Below, piece by piece: positions 60,501 through 64,000 of a stretch of DNA of 64,000 nucleotides; the stretch's first letter is position 1; every line of letters begins with the position of its first letter. The DNA comes from Takakia lepidozioides (Eukaryota > Plantae > Bryophyta), in NCBI GenBank assembly GCA_030704615.1, contig CM060734.1, positions 54,188,001-54,252,000 on the forward strand, in the 5' to 3' direction. A model generated the notes under the pieces. It was not told the origin of the DNA and made no database searches. It worked only from the letters and a program-made list of their open reading frames with translations. Both the position numbers and the translations under genes were made by a program.

Positions 60501-63500
60501 TTTTCAGGAACCCTGACTGCTCTGGTCTGATTAACTTTTGCAACAAGGGTTGCAAACGGCGAGCAAGAGCCTTTGCAATTATTTTGTAAGTAGAGTTCAG
60601 CAAGGTGATAGGTCTATAGTTTGAAAGAAGTTCTCGGTCACCTTTTTTATGAACCAGTGTGATGACTCCTTGCGCCAAGTGTGAAGGCATGATCCCCTTA
60701 GATAAAATATCATTGGCCATTCGCGTAAAGTCTTCCCCCGCCTCTTCCCACAAGGCAGTGAAGAATTCCACAGGCAGTCCATCTAGCCCTGGAGTCTTAA
60801 ATGTATTCAGAGCTTGTGCAGCGTTCAACAACTCATCAGAAAGAAAGGGAACAACAAGGGCATTCTGCTTGTCAACAGAGAGAAGGCTTGGGAAGGATTG
60901 GATAACGTCAGAACGAAATTCCAGCAAGTTAACTTCCTCTTGAGAAGCAGAAAAGAGCTTGGCAAAGTGGTCTGCAGCTGCTGCAGCCATCTCCTTGGGT
61001 TGGGAGAAGATCACCCCGCTGGGGTTTGTAATCGCGTGAAAGTGCATTGCTTCCTTTCGTTGTTTTGCTTTCTGGAAGAAATAACCAGTCATCTTCTCCC
61101 CCTTCAATGACCAATTCACTCCCGCTTTGATACGAAGGAATTCCTCATTTTCAGCATCCAGTACTGCCAAATTATGTTTAGCTGCAAGATAGGATTCCAT
61201 TGTAATTACACCATGATTCCCCCCTTCAATTCTTCTTTGGCAATGCAACAATCATTTAGTTAATGCCTTATGATGCTGTGTTCTTTCAGCAGCAACAGAG
61301 CGGGAAAGGTCTTGAGCCAATCTGCGTGTAGCTTGAAGTTTATTTAAAAAGGAAATGGAGGGGGAGTGAAACCCAGCCCCTGCTTCCATCCATTCCTTTT
61401 TTACCTTCCGTAGACAGTCTTGTTTTTTCAGAATGCTTGGGTTGAGTTTAAAATAACCTCGACCTCTAGCATGCAGTCCAGGTGGATAGAACTCCGCAGC
61501 AACCATGACATGATCAAAGTCCGCTAGTATAGGGGTCTGAGCCATACCTTTAGACTAGGCCAGGGGGGGGGACTGAGAACAGTAAATTCTGTCCAGCCGA
61601 GCCATACAAAGGTCGGGAGGATTCCTCAAATTGGACAACGTGAATCTTAATCCAGAGGAGGAGTTTGAAAGGATATCCACCAATCCAACTGAGAAACATA
61701 ACATATCCCAAGCAACTTGCTCTTCATCAGACAAAAAATGTGAGGCGTGCTGCAGCCTGTCATTATAATTATCTACCATGTTAAAATCCCCAGCTAGGAT
61801 CCAATTCTGAACATTGGGAAAACTGGTAATTTTAACTCTGATAGCATCCCAGAGAACAGCTCTTTCCTGAGATAGATTCGGCGCATACACATTTATGAAA
61901 GCAGTGGGGCCAAAGGGAGAGGAGGGGTCCGTGAAAAGGCATTAGACACGACCCTGGATCCAGATTTCTACTTTGTTTATTGAACCAACAATGGTCGGAG
62001 ATACCAAGATCGCCGTTCCTCCATGAGAGGAGGAAATAGTGGGGTTCCACCATGCAACGTGCGAGGGCCAGAAGCTGTTTCCAATGGATCTGATCTTAAC
62101 ATCATCTAACTTAGTTTCTTGGAGAAAAATGATAGCTGAAGTAGACATAAGGGAAGAAGCCCACAATTTTACTCGTCGTCTTTTAGGCATAGTGGTATCT
62201 GAGCCCATACCACGTATGTTCCAAGAGAATAGGGACCAGGTCATGTGGGGAATTTTTCCCAGCCCGTTGGTGAGATCCAACGAATTGATGGCTGATCAGA
62301 CAAAGCCCAGAGAAAGCTGGAGATGAAGAAAGGGAATTGCAGAAATGAGAGAGTTCAGCCACAGTTTGACCGAGAAAAGCCCTTTAACTTTGCAAGAGAG
62401 GGAAGAAACAGGGCATAACAACTGTCCACAAGCAGGGATGACAATAGTGGGGAGGAATAGAATAGTCCAAGAGGGAGGATTGCAACACATATGAAGCTTG
62501 GTTTTATAACAGTAGATAGGTCTCAGAAAGAGGGAAGAGAAAGAAGTGGGGGAAAGAGAGAGAAGCGAGTGAGAGCAGCAAAGCTTATTCGAGCTTACCG
62601 GGGATGGGGCAGTGGTGTCCAGATCCATAATGGTGAAGAACTTGTCACTCAATGGAGGTTCGACCTCCGAGGGGAGATTCCTTTGGGAGTAATGGAACTC
62701 CTCTACAATCTCCATTCCTACTCCATAAATTGAAGCCAAGAATTTTCTGTTCCCCACATCTCCAAAACCCTCTGGAATGTTCTTTCCAGACAACTAAGTT
62801 CGGAGGAGGAGCTGTCCAAGAGTTTAAGATCAGAAATGCGCATGGTAGGGAGGAGTTGGACACTGTAATCTCCAGAGGTGCTTTGGTGTTGGAAAACACC
62901 GAAGAAAATTGGTGTACCTTCATTGAGAATCAAGTTAGGAAGATAATGCAAGAAGATGCTACTGATTTTAGCCAAAATGACCTCCACCTCTTTTCCTGGT
63001 GAGAAATCGACTACATCCTCTGGGAATATCCACGATTCCATGAATGTTCCCCTGCTTGTAGCCAAGATTGCAGGATTACCATCAATGAGAGTAAAGATTA
63101 TATGAGTGATGCGCACACCTAGATAAACCGGGCCATCTGTAGGAGAGGGGTCATCCGGGAGATTTAGCCTGTGAAAGGACTTGAGCCGGCAGCAAAAGGC
63201 TCCTAGGTTGTCCTCTTCATCATGGCCAACCTTACAGATAAGAGTCTCAGCCCTGGACATTGCAATCAGCGGAACCGGAGAGAGCAAGAATTCTATTGCA
63301 TTGAACTGGGAAGCAGAGGCAGGGGTTGACAGTACCCTAAGCCTCTTGGCCTGATGTCTATCGGACGGAGAGCCATCGTCACGGGGAGCGTTGTTTATTC
63401 GCATTCTGGCACTGCCACCTCCACTTGGGCCATTACCCCTCTGACCATGATGATTCATAGGAGCCTGTTTTGTTGCAACAGACGGAGTCACAACATTAGA

Positions 63501-64000
63501 GCTTCTGGCCTTCTTTAGCTGTGGGCAATCCACTTTAATGTGCCCTTCCCTATGACACTGGTGACAAAGCACATTAAGTGACTCTTCCAGCACAACCACC
63601 GTGATGAACATGTTGTCCAAGGTTGGGAGTTTCAGGGATGGTTCTATGTTCACATTCTCAGGCATCCATACAACGATCTTTGGAACACCTGAATCCCAAG
63701 AATGCTCCATGTTGGTCACCGAATCAATGCTGAGGAGATCCTCTTCATCCAAGTCATCCACATTCATAGATCCAATATATAAACCAAAGTGAGCACTTAT
63801 TTCATGTAGAGATTTAGATAGATGGCAGGGAGATAAGGCCAAGCAAGCACTTTGGGTTTACAAGTTACCCCCATTTTATGACCCCAATCAGAAGACCATG
63901 GAAATATATGGACTCGATAGCAGGACTTGCGAGTGTTAAATTTGAGGGCCTTGGCAGCAAATTCTTCAGAGCTGAACAGAAAAGAGAAGAAGCCCCTTCC
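57548..64000 (-). mobile_element. L1/Tx1-clade LINE, near full length, degenerate; 5' end outside the window
   Basis: 3' tail of poly(A) + (AAAAC)n at 57548-57601. ORF2 pieces: APE (SWNIRG, LQETK, YAPN, GDFN, LDR), RT (PGLDG, YRPITLL, DFEKAFD, RQGCP, YADD) and zf-RVT. ORF1 62718..63842 has CHQCHREGHIKVDC. Confidence 0.95.

Overview
Eukaryotic nuclear DNA from a repeat-rich region, most likely a non-seed land plant such as a bryophyte; this is inferred from the PLS-type PPR genes and the transposon repertoire, and the species cannot be determined. The window is a nested transposon cluster. Its centre is a full-length, minus-strand, non-chromovirus Ty3/gypsy element (22362-44804; TG..CA LTRs, TSD CCACC, tRNA-Arg-like PBS, PPT) with extra ORFs on both sides of gag-pol. 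This element sits inside a CACTA element. It is interrupted by a 7.4-kb hAT transposon (15-bp TIRs, 8-bp TSD, long open transposase ORF) and by a CACTA-ended insertion carrying PPR and OSB/PDF-motif gene fragments. Also present are further LTR/gag relics, a TA-TSD TIR element, an RLE-type LINE fragment, RTEX-like LINE fragments, a long degenerate L1 inserted in a PPR gene, a DUF7869/Sola-like transposase relic, an RPL17 processed pseudogene and a ~104-bp tandem array. The most notable candidate system is a PLS-E PPR gene whose N-terminus is an OSB-type PDF ssDNA-binding motif split by a 51-nt in-frame intron. Two more PDF-motif relics and several PPR relics lie nearby, and the satellite appears to derive from a degenerate PPR-like motif. 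Two inversions flanked by microhomology can be reconstructed. All family calls come from motif recognition by eye; no searches were run.
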